Assembly: GCA_900319195.1 (NCBI GenBank)
Contig: ONNL01000123.1
Coordinates: 1-34,188, forward strand
Reading direction: 5' to 3'
Origin: an uncultured Ruminococcus sp.
GTDB lineage: Bacteria > Bacillota > Clostridia > Oscillospirales > Ruminococcaceae
DNA: 34,188 nt
Positions 25,330 to 34,188 of the stretch are shown here, piece by piece. Numbering within the stretch: the stretch's first letter is position 1; every line of letters begins with the position of its first letter. The notes under the pieces are model-generated. The model was not told where the DNA came from. It did not search any database and was given only the letters and a program-made list of their open reading frames with translations. The position numbers were made by a program, and so were the translations under genes.

Positions 25330-26646
25330 TCAGTGTTTTTTCTTGTCGGAATGCAGGTGCACTTTACCGAGAATATTTTCGGACATCGTGCGAACCTTTG
25401 TCCCGGGAGGGAACATTCTGTCTGCAAGACGGGAAAGAGCGTTTCCGCTGCTGTTGTGCTCGTAAATCGGCACAATTTCGGGTTCTGCGACAGATGATGC
25501 CCACTTTTTGAGTAATGTCGGTGAAAGCTGCTTTGAAAGGAGCTTTCTGTCAGCCTCTCCGCAGCATTTCCCGATAAATCTCAGCGGCAGTCCACAGCCT
25601 TCGCTGATGCCGTTCTCCGCTTTATCGCCAAAATATTCCTCGTATATAGCCGCAAAGCTTTCCGCACCCGACTTAGCGGCAGGGTTCTTTTCAAGAGCCT
25701 CGATAAGCTTTGCTTCAAGCTCACTGCGCTTTTCGCTCCCGTCCGTGAAGCCGAGCGCTCCGAGGACTACAAATCCCATCATGTCGGCATTTCCGCAGAA
25801 ATCGCTCTGAAAGCTCTTGCTCTGCGGAACATCGAACGCCCACATCGCATACAGTCCGAATATCCGGCGCAGAGTGATATAACGGGGACTGTCATAGTCA
25901 TACAGAGCCTCCTTCTCGCAGAAGCCGCGCACACGTCCCGTCTTTTCCATGCAGTCGGTAGGGGAGGGCAGGAGCAGTGCCTTTGCCCCGTTCATGACCG
26001 CAAACTGCACGTCAAACGTGACATCTCCGCCTATATGCAATAGCTGCGGCGCTTTGACTCCAGCTTTTTCAAGCGTAGGAGCTACCCAGCTGTTTGCATT
26101 TGCCTTCGGCTGTTCGCGCAGCATTACCAGTCCGTCGCACGAGCCGTAGCCGCACTTTTCAATGACCGCCTTTACGGTCTCCTCGGGATAGCAGGTGTCG
26201 GCAATTATGACCACTCTCTTGCCGCAGGATTTCGCCTCGCGGTAGAGCTCCTTTGCAAAGCCTCGGGGACAGCTGTATTCCACCTCGAGCTCCTGCTCCC
26301 TCTGCATGAGCTTTTCCGATATTTCCGCAGAAATATGCTCCTTGGATCTCAGCAGCTTGTAAATGTCCGCAAGTGTGACGCGCGTTATCAGTCCGCTCTT
26401 TTTCAGAGCCGCTTCCTCGGCGTTTTCTCTCATTGCCGAAAAGCTCTCGTCCCTGCCCGTAAGCTCCGTGAAATAGCTGTTCATGAGCAGATATATGTCG
26501 CTCTGCGCGGAGAGCGGCTTCACCGCAAGGACTCCGCAAAGCTTGAAGCTGACTGCTCGGCAATGGCTGTCGCGCACTGCTGTCAGCATTTTCTTTTTAA
26601 GCTCGATCTGCTCTGATGACAGAGCCCGTGTCAGACTGCCGCTCAT
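25330..26646 (-). CDS. HAD-like hydrolase family protein lacking the catalytic aspartates
   Basis: VSFKLCGVL at the position of VSFDxFDTL; VTLADIY, ELE.E, IIADTCYP, LHIGGD...D; ATGA overlap with the GH26 gene. Confidence 0.7.
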   Translation of the reverse strand: MSGSLTRALSSEQIELKKKMLTAVRDSHCRAVSFKLCGVLAVKPLSAQSDIYLLMNSYFTELTGRDESFSAMRENAEEAALKKSGLITRVTLADIYKLLRSKEHISAEISEKLMQREQELEVEYSCPRGFAKELYREAKSCGKRVVIIADTCYPEETVKAVIEKCGYGSCDGLVMLREQPKANANSWVAPTLEKAGVKAPQLLHIGGDVTFDVQFAVMNGAKALLLPSPTDCMEKTGRVRGFCEKEALYDYDSPRYITLRRIFGLYAMWAFDVPQSKSFQSDFCGNADMMGFVVLGALGFTDGSEKRSELEAKLIEALEKNPAAKSGAESFAAIYEEYFGDKAENGISEGCGLPLRFIGKCCGEADRKLLSKQLSPTLLKKWASSVAEPEIVPIYEHNSSGNALSRLADRMFPPGTKVRTMSENILGKVHLHSDKKKH

Positions 26647-28313
26647 GACTTATCCTCCTTGTCGGTAGATTTTTCGGTCGTGCTCTCTTCCGCGGAAACA
26701 TCCTTCGCTGTCCCGAACATCTCGCTGTATTCGTCGAGAGTGAGAGCACCCTCGGAGTTATAGAGGTGAATGAGCGAGTCCGCGGAGGTGAATTCCTCGG
26801 AGAGCGCACCGTTTTCGTCTGTGATGTACTTGCTGTGCCACAGTCCGAAGAACGACCACACCGCATTATCGCGGAATGCCGAATCAACATCGGGTATGCT
26901 TCCGCACTCGCTTATCGCAATAAGCTTTCCCTCGCCCGAGAATTTGCTGAACGCAGCAAACTTCTCGCTGAACTTCGCACCGTAGTCCTTTTCGCCGTCG
27001 AGGTAGAGGTCGAGTGCGGCAATGTCATAGGTCGATGGGTCAACGATGGTGTCCTCGCTCTGTCCGTTCCAGACCCAGATGAGATTGTCGAGGTCATAGT
27101 ATTCGGTAAGGCGCTTGTAGAGCAGGTCCCAGAGCCATTTGTAGCTCTCAGCACCGTCGGCTCCCCACCAGAACCAGCTTCCGCTTCCCTCGGGGAGCGG
27201 TCTCCACAGGACAGGAACCCCCTTGTTTTTCAGTGAGGTGAGCTGACCTGCCATGCTGTCTATGTCAAGAATGAGCCGATAGGTCTGCTCGGTTATCCTG
27301 CCCTCACTGTAAAAGGAGCGTATGGTCTGCTCGGAATGGAGCGCTATATCCACATTCGTGACAGCGTCCGCAAGCCTGAAATCCGTCTCGTCTGAGCGCG
27401 GAGAGCGTATGTCCCCCGGAGCACTCCAGTACCATGTAACTGCCGATATTCCGCCATTTCTGTACCAATCCGCACAGGAATCTATAAGCAGGAAGCTCTC
27501 GTCGTAGGACTCCTTCGGCACGTCAAGGCAGGTGCATCTCATGACGGGATACTTGCCGGTGGTGCTGTATATGAGGTCAGCCTCGGTATTGCCTATACCT
27601 GCGGCATACTGACCTGTGATGATGTATTTTCCGTAGCACTCCGAAAGGTTTTTCAGAAGCTCCCTTGCAGAATCGCCTGCATTTTCGTTGACAGGCTCGC
27701 CGCTGTTATCGTAGGTTATCTCCCTCAGCGACTCGTTGTCCTTCATGATGAGATAGTCAAGGCAGAGGTCACCGTCGGGGACAAATTCCACCTCTGACGC
27801 TCCCTTCGTGAAGAAAACCCCGCTGAGAGTGACCTGTGTGTACTTTCCGTCGGACGAGGTCTCAAACACCGTGAGCTCCTCGCCGTTGAGCTTTATCTTG
27901 CAGTTCACAGCCGCCTTTGACAGCACATTGAAGGAGATGTCGTAGTGCTGGCTGCTCGGCGCGTCAACATTGAACTTGACTCCGCTGCCGCCTGCAAAGC
28001 TCGTGACATAGCCGTCTCCGCTGTAGCCCTCGTTTGCGGTATCGAACTTTATGCCCTTGCCAAGCTCAGCATTTTCCGCCTCATATATGATACCCGTGTC
28101 CTTCTGCTCTATCTCGGGGTAAGTGACCGGAGCCTCCTCAAAGGTCGCGCTCGGAGGCGGAGCTGTTGCCGCTTCTGTTGTCTCGCCGTCCGCCTCAACT
28201 ATGGGAACAGGCGGCATATCCACCACCTTCGGTTCCTTTTTCTTACAGCCGCTCACACCGCCGAAAAGCACCGCAGCAGCGACAGCAAAAGAAATTTTTC
28301 TTGATAGCTTCAT
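26643..28313 (-). CDS. Lipoprotein with CBM35-like module and GH26 (beta-mannanase-like) domain
   Basis: Lipobox VSG-C; YEAE..GYSG.GYV; GVPVLWRPLPE.SG.WFWWG, NLIWVWN, DLY, ISECG.IP, WS.F..W. Confidence 0.9.
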   Translation of the reverse strand: MKLSRKISFAVAAAVLFGGVSGCKKKEPKVVDMPPVPIVEADGETTEAATAPPPSATFEEAPVTYPEIEQKDTGIIYEAENAELGKGIKFDTANEGYSGDGYVTSFAGGSGVKFNVDAPSSQHYDISFNVLSKAAVNCKIKLNGEELTVFETSSDGKYTQVTLSGVFFTKGASEVEFVPDGDLCLDYLIMKDNESLREITYDNSGEPVNENAGDSARELLKNLSECYGKYIITGQYAAGIGNTEADLIYSTTGKYPVMRCTCLDVPKESYDESFLLIDSCADWYRNGGISAVTWYWSAPGDIRSPRSDETDFRLADAVTNVDIALHSEQTIRSFYSEGRITEQTYRLILDIDSMAGQLTSLKNKGVPVLWRPLPEGSGSWFWWGADGAESYKWLWDLLYKRLTEYYDLDNLIWVWNGQSEDTIVDPSTYDIAALDLYLDGEKDYGAKFSEKFAAFSKFSGEGKLIAISECGSIPDVDSAFRDNAVWSFFGLWHSKYITDENGALSEEFTSADSLIHLYNSEGALTLDEYSEMFGTAKDVSAEESTTEKSTDKEDKS

Positions 28314-28331
28314 CTTATCCTCCGAAAAGCG

Positions 28332-30650
28332 TCAGCACTTGACCGTGTAGCTCTTTCCCTTTTCCGTATCAAAAATTATAACACCGTCCTCAATGCGCGA
28401 GCCTACGGTATTTCCGCCGCTCACAATGCTTGCGACGCGGTTTGCTCTCACGCGGCATTCTCCGCCAAGGTCAGAGGTGATGACAGCACTTTTAAGTGCG
28501 CCGTTCTCCCAGTCGATGTCAACACCGAAGCCGCCCTTTGCCCTGAGTCCGAAAACGTGACCTGTTTCCCACTCCGCAGGGAGCGCAGGGAGCAGATTTA
28601 TCTCGCCGCAGGTGCTCTGCATGAGTGCCTCGGCAATTGCCGCTGTTCCGCCGAAGTTTCCGTCTATCTGGAACGGCGGGTGCGAGTCGAGAAGATTCGG
28701 TGAGGTAGAGTTCGCAAGGAGCTTTTTCAGATTCTCATAGACCATGCGGTTATCGTAAAGACGAGCCCACATATTCGTTATCCATGCACAGCTCCAGCCC
28801 GTATGTCCGCCGCCGTGAATGAGACGGCGCACAAGAGTCGCCCTTGCCGCGTCCGCAAGCTTCGGAGTCTTTACGGGGGTGATCAGCTCCGCAGGGTGAA
28901 GCGCGAAAAGCTGGGAAATGTGGCGGTGGCCTATCTCGACCTCGTCGTAATCGACTGCCCATTCCTTTATCTGTCCGTACTTGCCAACCTCGGGCTGAGG
29001 TATCTTCTTCAGCATTTTCCTGAGCTTATTGCAGAATGTCTTATCCCTGCCGAGTATCTGTGCCGCCTCGATAACGTCGTTGAACAGCACAGTGATTATC
29101 TCGGAATCCATTGTCGGTCCGACGCAGAGGCTTCCCTTTACGCCCTTCTCGGTCATGTATGTATTCTCGGGCGATACGCTCGGACTTGTAACGAGCTGAC
29201 CATTCTCATTTTCAATGAGGAACTCGGTGAAGAACTCCGCCGCTCCCTTGAGGATATGGTAATACTTTTCGAGGAACTCTGTATCGTGAGTGTACTGATA
29301 GTGCTCGAAGATGTGGAGTGAGAGCCATGCGCCGCCTGTCTGCCAGATAGTTGCAGGCACCCAGAGGTCCTGCGGAGCGGTATCGCCCCATATATCCGTG
29401 TTGTGGTGGCAGACGAAGCCCTTGTTTATGCCGTACATCTCCTTTGCGGTAATGCGCCCGTTTTTATAGACGCGCTCAAGGAGGTCAAACAGCGGAAGGT
29501 GACACTCGGGGAGATTGCAGCTCTCGGCGCACCAGTAGTTCATCTCCGTGTTGATGTTCACAGTGTATCTGCTGCCCCATGCAGGCCACATATCCTGATT
29601 CCAGATGCCCTGAAGATTTGCAGGCTGAGTGCCGGGACGGCTGCATGAAATGAGCAGATAGCGTCCGAAGTTGAAGTAAAGCTCAACGAGCTTGTTGTCA
29701 TTGATAAGGCGCTCGCACTCCTTGTTGTCGAGCTCGTTTCCTCTGAGGCGCTGAATGCGCTCACTCGTATCGAGCCTGTCAAGGTTTTCGCGGCTGTTGT
29801 CCTCTATGCTGAGCTCAACGCGGTCGAAGAGCTCCCTGTAATCGTTGATATGGCGGTAGCGGAGCTCGTCATATTCGCACTTCATAGCCATTTCAGCGTC
29901 CACCTGTGCGGACTCCTCATAGCAGCTTCCGTAAAAGCTCGTGCGAACAGCAAGTATCAGCATCGCCTCGTCAGCATTCTCAACACGGAGCGTTCCGCCG
30001 ACAGTCCTTACACTTCCGCCCTTTGCGACAGCTCCGAGAGCAGCGGCGAAGAATATACCGTCACGGCTTCCCGTGCCGCCCGTATAGAGTATCATGTTCT
30101 TCTCACAGGGACGATTCTCGTCATAGTAGTCGTCACGTCCGTCAATGCCGCAGTCAAAGCTGAGTGCCCCCTGAACGTCCGCAGAGATGTGCACGACCAT
30201 TACCTCATCGGGGGCCGATACAAAGACCTCTCTTGTGAAGTTCACTCCGCCCGAAGCAAACGATACCGAAGCAATAGCGTCCGCAAGCTCGAGGGTACGT
30301 GAATAGTCGCTCACCCTGCCGCCGAGCTTCATATCAATATTGAGGTTGCCGAGGGGCATATAATGGCGGCTGTTAGGAGAAACTCCCTGCATTTTCTCAA
30401 ATGCGACCTTTTCAGCCTGCGGTATGTCGCCCTCCCTGAGCAGTTCGCGCACCTCCGCGAGACCCTCCTTTGCGTCGGGATTTATACGGTGCCTGAGTCC
30501 TCCCGACCATACCGAATCCTCGTTGAGCTGGATAAGCTCCTTATCCGTCCTGCCGTAGACCATGCCGCCTATCCTGCCGTTTCCGACGGGAAGCGCCCAG
30601 TTGAAATCCTCGGCGGGTGAGCTGTATTTGAGTAAGGTTTCTGTATTCAT
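28332..30650 (-). CDS. GH95 alpha-L-fucosidase / alpha-L-galactosidase, cytoplasmic
   Basis: [51 protein letters not shown]; no signal peptide; ATG at 30650 after AGGAG. Confidence 0.96.
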   Translation of the reverse strand: MNTETLLKYSSPAEDFNWALPVGNGRIGGMVYGRTDKELIQLNEDSVWSGGLRHRINPDAKEGLAEVRELLREGDIPQAEKVAFEKMQGVSPNSRHYMPLGNLNIDMKLGGRVSDYSRTLELADAIASVSFASGGVNFTREVFVSAPDEVMVVHISADVQGALSFDCGIDGRDDYYDENRPCEKNMILYTGGTGSRDGIFFAAALGAVAKGGSVRTVGGTLRVENADEAMLILAVRTSFYGSCYEESAQVDAEMAMKCEYDELRYRHINDYRELFDRVELSIEDNSRENLDRLDTSERIQRLRGNELDNKECERLINDNKLVELYFNFGRYLLISCSRPGTQPANLQGIWNQDMWPAWGSRYTVNINTEMNYWCAESCNLPECHLPLFDLLERVYKNGRITAKEMYGINKGFVCHHNTDIWGDTAPQDLWVPATIWQTGGAWLSLHIFEHYQYTHDTEFLEKYYHILKGAAEFFTEFLIENENGQLVTSPSVSPENTYMTEKGVKGSLCVGPTMDSEIITVLFNDVIEAAQILGRDKTFCNKLRKMLKKIPQPEVGKYGQIKEWAVDYDEVEIGHRHISQLFALHPAELITPVKTPKLADAARATLVRRLIHGGGHTGWSCAWITNMWARLYDNRMVYENLKKLLANSTSPNLLDSHPPFQIDGNFGGTAAIAEALMQSTCGEINLLPALPAEWETGHVFGLRAKGGFGVDIDWENGALKSAVITSDLGGECRVRANRVASIVSGGNTVGSRIEDGVIIFDTEKGKSYTVKC

Positions 30651-30691
30651 ATATCTGCTCCTAATCACGCTATTTTTCTTTATAGGTATTT

Positions 30692-30868
30692 AAAGTTTCA
30701 GGTGGTATCTGCTATGAGCGGCGTTCGCATTTGCCTATTATACCACAAGCCCTCAGTCTGTAAAGGCTAAAGCAAGCGCAGCCACAGGCTGCGGTCTTGA
30801 CAGACTATCGTGTTTGTGAGGGTGGGCAAATACGCAAACGCCAACCCGAGACGACCACCTTAAAAGTT
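30692..30868. repeat. ~175-nt nested imperfect hairpin (MITE-like insert or structured RNA) in the GH95 leader
   Basis: Nested pairs AGGTGGT/ACCACCT, GGCGTT..CATTTGCC/GGCAAAT..AACGCC, CACAAGC/GTTTGTG, AGTCTGT/ACAGACT; apical GCAGCC-ACA-GGCTGC. Confidence 0.7.
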
Positions 30869-30916
30869 ATTCGCCCTTCTTTATACATCAGACAATTTTA
30901 ATCACATATATAATTC

Positions 30917-30945
30917 ATTATAACACAGTTGCCCGATTTTTGCAA
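30917..30945 (-). promoter_or_regulatory. Sigma-A promoter of the GH95 operon
   Basis: TTGCAA-17 nt-TATAAT with extended -10 TG. Confidence 0.75.
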
Positions 30946-31024
30946 ACCGTATACATGATTCTGAAACAATTTATAAATATCATTCCTCGCTGTCGGAGCT
31001 ATTTGGACAATGTCACAACGAAAT

Positions 31025-31873
31025 TCAGAAGAGTCCCTTCACGTCGTCAAAATCGAGCGACGGCTGGAGCGCAAGATTTATCCCGAAGCCGATAAGCTGT
31101 GAAGCACGCTCAATGAGACGGTCAATGTCACGCGGTGTGACTATCATATTCGGCAGGCGGCTGTCGGGCTTTTCGCCCGTGAGATTCTGCACTATCGTGT
31201 GCATATCGACGACAGTAGGCACACCCACGGCTATCACGGGGACTCCGCATACCGCCTCGGAGAGCTCCCTGCGAGAGTTTGAAACGCCGCTGCCCGGGGA
31301 GATCCCCGAGTCCGAGAGCTGTATCGTAGTCCCGAGACGGCTTATATCCGAGCAGGCGAGCGCGTCTGTCACTATTATCGCAGAAGGCTTCAATTCGGCA
31401 GCTATCGCTCGGACTATCTCCGCGGACTCTATCCCCGTCTGCCCGAGGACTCCGCCTGCAAATGCGCTCACACGTCTGAGCGAGGTGAGGAATTTTTCCT
31501 CCTCCGCATCAAGCTCGTCACGCAGGTGCCGCGTCGCAAGCACCTTTGAGACCACGCGCGGTCCGAGCGCGTCAGGCGTAATATCGCTGTTTCCGAGCCC
31601 TGCAACGAGAATGTCTCCCTCGGGCACAAATGCTCCTATCTCACGGGAGAGCTCCTCCGCCATGCCCTCGTAGTCGTCTGAGAAGCGGCTGAGGTCCGAG
31701 GATTCAAGCGTCACATACCGTCCGCGGCGCTTGCCTATGGTGTCCGTGAAGCTGTCGTCGTCAATGACTATCTCAGTTATCTCAAAATACTCGCCGCGCT
31801 TGTGAAGATGTACGCCGTCGGGCAGGTTTTCGGGAGTTATACTCTCAACGGCAAGGTCTGTCCTGAATCCCAT
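31025..31873 (-). CDS. gpr: GPR endopeptidase (spore germination protease)
   Basis: RTDLA.E, GLGN..ITPDALGP, GVLGQTGIE, DALA, PGSGV, GVPTVVD, VTPRDID; divergent from rpsT; ATG at 31873 after AAGGAG. Confidence 0.95.
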   Translation of the reverse strand: MGFRTDLAVESITPENLPDGVHLHKRGEYFEITEIVIDDDSFTDTIGKRRGRYVTLESSDLSRFSDDYEGMAEELSREIGAFVPEGDILVAGLGNSDITPDALGPRVVSKVLATRHLRDELDAEEEKFLTSLRRVSAFAGGVLGQTGIESAEIVRAIAAELKPSAIIVTDALACSDISRLGTTIQLSDSGISPGSGVSNSRRELSEAVCGVPVIAVGVPTVVDMHTIVQNLTGEKPDSRLPNMIVTPRDIDRLIERASQLIGFGINLALQPSLDFDDVKGLF

Positions 31874-31945
31874 AATACTCCTTTCATTGTGCAAAATGCG
31901 CTAAAATGTGGAAAATAAAGCGCTATAATACTTTTAAATTGCCTA

Positions 31946-31974
31946 TTGAAAACTACGGCATAAAATGATATAAT
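31946..31974 (+). promoter_or_regulatory. Sigma-A promoter of rpsT
   Basis: TTGAAA-17 nt-TATAAT with extended -10 TG. Confidence 0.75.
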
Positions 31975-32087
31975 TAATAATGTCTCAGTAGGTATGGTGT
32001 GCGTTGCACCTGCCGACACATTTTATGTGTATTATCTGTAAAGACAGGCGGATTATTCGTCTGCAAATTTTAAGGAGGTGTAACAAA

Positions 32088-32348
32088 ATGCCAAACATCA
32101 AATCTGCAAAGAAGAGAGTAAAGACAAACACAACAAAAGCTGCTGCTAACAAGGCAAGAAAATCAAACCTCAAGACAGTCATCAAGGCTGCTAACGCTGC
32201 TTGCGAGAGCGGTGCTGCTAACAAGCAGGAGGCAATAAAGGTTGCTATCAAGAAGGTTGATCAGGCTTGCGCTAAGGGTCTTATGCACAAGAACGCTGCT
32301 GCAAGAAAGAAGTCACAGCTTGCTAAGAAGCTCAATGCTGCACAGTAA
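32088..32348 (+). CDS. rpsT: 30S ribosomal protein S20
   Basis: MPNIKSAKKR...KG..HKNAAARKKS.L; AAGGAGG RBS. Confidence 0.98.
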   Translation: MPNIKSAKKRVKTNTTKAAANKARKSNLKTVIKAANAACESGAANKQEAIKVAIKKVDQACAKGLMHKNAAARKKSQLAKKLNAAQ

Positions 32349-32377
32349 TTGCTTTTGTTTTTGATAAAGCAAATTTT

Positions 32378-32404
32378 TCCCCCGAGTTTTCTCGGGGGAT
32401 TTTT
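32378..32404 (+). terminator. rpsT terminator
   Basis: TCCCCCGAG-TTTT-CTCGGGGGA-T5. Confidence 0.9.
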
Positions 32405-32447
32405 GTTTCGGTACTCGACTTTTTTGAATAAAGTGATATAATATAAG

Positions 32448-32536
32448 TATAGGGAACTGCGGCAAGCGGTTTTTCCAAAATGTTTGGTTGAAAATTAACC
32501 GCCGCTCAGGAAAAGTTCGGCGGTTAATTTCTTTTT
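32448..32536 (+). ncRNA. Candidate ~90-nt small RNA
   Basis: Own promoter TCGACT-16 nt-TATAAT with TG extension (32415-32442), a 5' hairpin, and a 13-bp terminator stem AAATTAACCGCCG/CGGCGGTTAATTT plus T-run. Confidence 0.55.
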
Positions 32537-32543
32537 ATGTAGG

Positions 32544-32571
32544 AAAAAGTCCCCATTTTCATGGGGACTTT
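32544..32571 (-). terminator. carB terminator
   Basis: AAAGTCCCCAT-N4-ATGGGGACTTT immediately after the carB stop. Confidence 0.8.
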
Positions 32572-32577
32572 CGCTTT

Positions 32578-34188
32578 TTATATATCCTTTATATCTGCGT
32601 GGTGTGCCTGAAGTGACTTTACTCCGAAGTGGTTATTCTGCTTGATAGCCTTGATACCCTCGGCGCTTGCCTTTGCAGCAGCCATTGTCGTGATATAGGG
32701 AACCCTGTTCTTTATCGCTGCCTTACGGATATAGCTGTCGTCGTGGATACTCGATTTGCCTGCGGGAGTATTGATAATGAGCTGAATATCGCCGTTTGCG
32801 ATCCAGTCTGCAATATTCGGTCTGCCCTCGTAGATCTTGAATATCTTCTCAGCAGGGATACCTGCGTCACGAATCATCTCAAAGCTCTTGCCCGTAGCAA
32901 TGATCTTGAAGCCGAGCTCGTTGAATGCCTTTGCTATCTCGATAAGCTCGGGCTTGTCTCTGTCGCATACGCTGAGAAGGACTGTGCCCTCCTGAGGAAG
33001 TCTTGTCTGAGTAGCCTCCTGAGCCTTGTAATATGCCTCGCCGAAGCAGGGTGAGATTCCGAGAACTTCACCCGTTGAACGCATCTCAGGTCCAAGGAGA
33101 GGATCGACCTCGGGGAACATATTGAACGGAAATACAGCTTCCTTTACGCCGTAGTGATTTATCTGCTTGTCCTTGAGTGCAGGTACGGGCGAAGGCTTGC
33201 CTGTGAGTGAGGATGTGATTATCTCGGTAGCTATCCTTACCATGTTTATCGAGCATACCTTTGATACGAGCGGTACTGTTCTTGAAGCACGCGGATTAGC
33301 CTCGATAACGTATACCTTTCCGTCCTCGATAGCGTACTGCATATTCATGAGTCCGCATACGTTCATCTCAACAGCTATCTTCTTTGTATAATCCTTGATA
33401 GTAGCTATCTGCTCCTGTGTGAGATTCTTAGACGGGATTATGCAAGCCGAGTCGCCCGAGTGTATGCCTGCGAGCTCGATATGCTCCATAACAGCAGGAA
33501 CAAAGCAGTTTGTACCGTCCGAGATAGCGTCAGCCTCGCACTCTGTTGCGTGGTGGAGGAAGCGGTCGATGAGGATAGGTCTGTCGGGAGTTACGCCAAC
33601 AGCCGCCGACATATATACCTTGAGCATTTCGTCATCGTGAACGACTTCCATTCCGCGTCCGCCGAGTACATACGAGGGACGTACCATTACAGGATAGCCT
33701 ATCTTATGAGCAACATCAAGAGCCTCGTCAACATTGACTGCCATTCCTGCCTCGGGCATAGGAATTTCAAGCTTCTTCATCATTGCGCGGAAGTGGTCGC
33801 GGTCTTCTGCAAGGTCGATAGTCTCGGGAGTTGTACCGAGTATATTTACGCCGTTCTTCTTGAGCTCGCCTGCAAGGTTGAGCGGAGTCTGTCCGCCGAA
33901 CTGAGCGATAACACCGACGGGTTTTTCCTTCTCATGAATGCTGAGAACGTCCTCGAGGGTGAGCGGCTCAAAATAGAGCTTGTCAGATGTGTCATAGTCT
34001 GTTGAAACAGTCTCGGGGTTGCAGTTTACGATAATTGACTCGAAGCCGAGCTTTTTAAGTGCAAGTGCCGCATGAACACAGCAGTAGTCGAATTCGATAC
34101 CATGACCGATTCTGTTAGGACCTCCGCCGAGTATCATTATCTTCGGCTTATCGGTGCTTACGGGGCTCTTGTCCTCGTCAAGATGATA
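32578..34188 (-). CDS. carB: Carbamoyl-phosphate synthase large subunit (3' half; 5' end outside the window)
   Basis: LGGGPNRIG.GIEFDYC, NPETVSTDYD, RPSYVLGG, EANPRASRT, MGS domain; the frame is open to the window edge. Confidence 0.98.
   Translation of the reverse strand, partial: YHLDEDKSPVSTDKPKIMILGGGPNRIGHGIEFDYCCVHAALALKKLGFESIIVNCNPETVSTDYDTSDKLYFEPLTLEDVLSIHEKEKPVGVIAQFGGQTPLNLAGELKKNGVNILGTTPETIDLAEDRDHFRAMMKKLEIPMPEAGMAVNVDEALDVAHKIGYPVMVRPSYVLGGRGMEVVHDDEMLKVYMSAAVGVTPDRPILIDRFLHHATECEADAISDGTNCFVPAVMEHIELAGIHSGDSACIIPSKNLTQEQIATIKDYTKKIAVEMNVCGLMNMQYAIEDGKVYVIEANPRASRTVPLVSKVCSINMVRIATEIITSSLTGKPSPVPALKDKQINHYGVKEAVFPFNMFPEVDPLLGPEMRSTGEVLGISPCFGEAYYKAQEATQTRLPQEGTVLLSVCDRDKPELIEIAKAFNELGFKIIATGKSFEMIRDAGIPAEKIFKIYEGRPNIADWIANGDIQLIINTPAGKSSIHDDSYIRKAAIKNRVPYITTMAAAKASAEGIKAIKQNNHFGVKSLQAHHADIKDI

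Noticed and set aside
1087-34005. Numerous long antisense or alternative-frame ORFs (e.g. 5040..5777, 9026..9976, 19265..20101, 21083..21685)
   Set aside because: They are shadow frames of well-supported genes, with no independent motifs.
1-34188. CRISPR array, cas genes, rRNA, IS transposase or prophage genes
   Set aside because: No regularly spaced direct repeats or matching protein motifs were seen.

Overview
Mostly core chromosome of a Ruminococcus-like (Oscillospiraceae, Clostridia) bacterium, judged from gene content. The left edge holds the C-terminus of a large serine recombinase and a tRNA-Thr 3' fragment (probable att junction). After it come a two-gene surface-protein operon, a membrane HD-GYP phosphodiesterase, the conserved ffs-dnaX-ybaB-recR cluster, a lipoprotein with an apparently circularly permuted cohesin, a YfhO glycosyltransferase and a membrane GGDEF*-EAL protein. 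The centre holds an ECF sigma factor (1-nt frameshift) with an anti-sigma carrying three IseA-like repeats, divergent from a lipoprotein whose promoter has a perfect WalR-type box. The right half has a hybrid kinase/REC-EAL/Hpt phosphorelay, spo0A with a flavin reductase, a GH95-GH26-pseudo-HAD operon, gpr, rpsT and partial carB. Highlights: (1) a candidate peptidoglycan-hydrolase-sensing ECF module, (2) the permuted cohesin lipoprotein, (3) three c-di-GMP phosphodiesterases with Spo0A boxes or a shared operator, (4) two candidate sRNAs and several palindromic repeat elements. All domain calls are by-eye motif recognition, not database searches.
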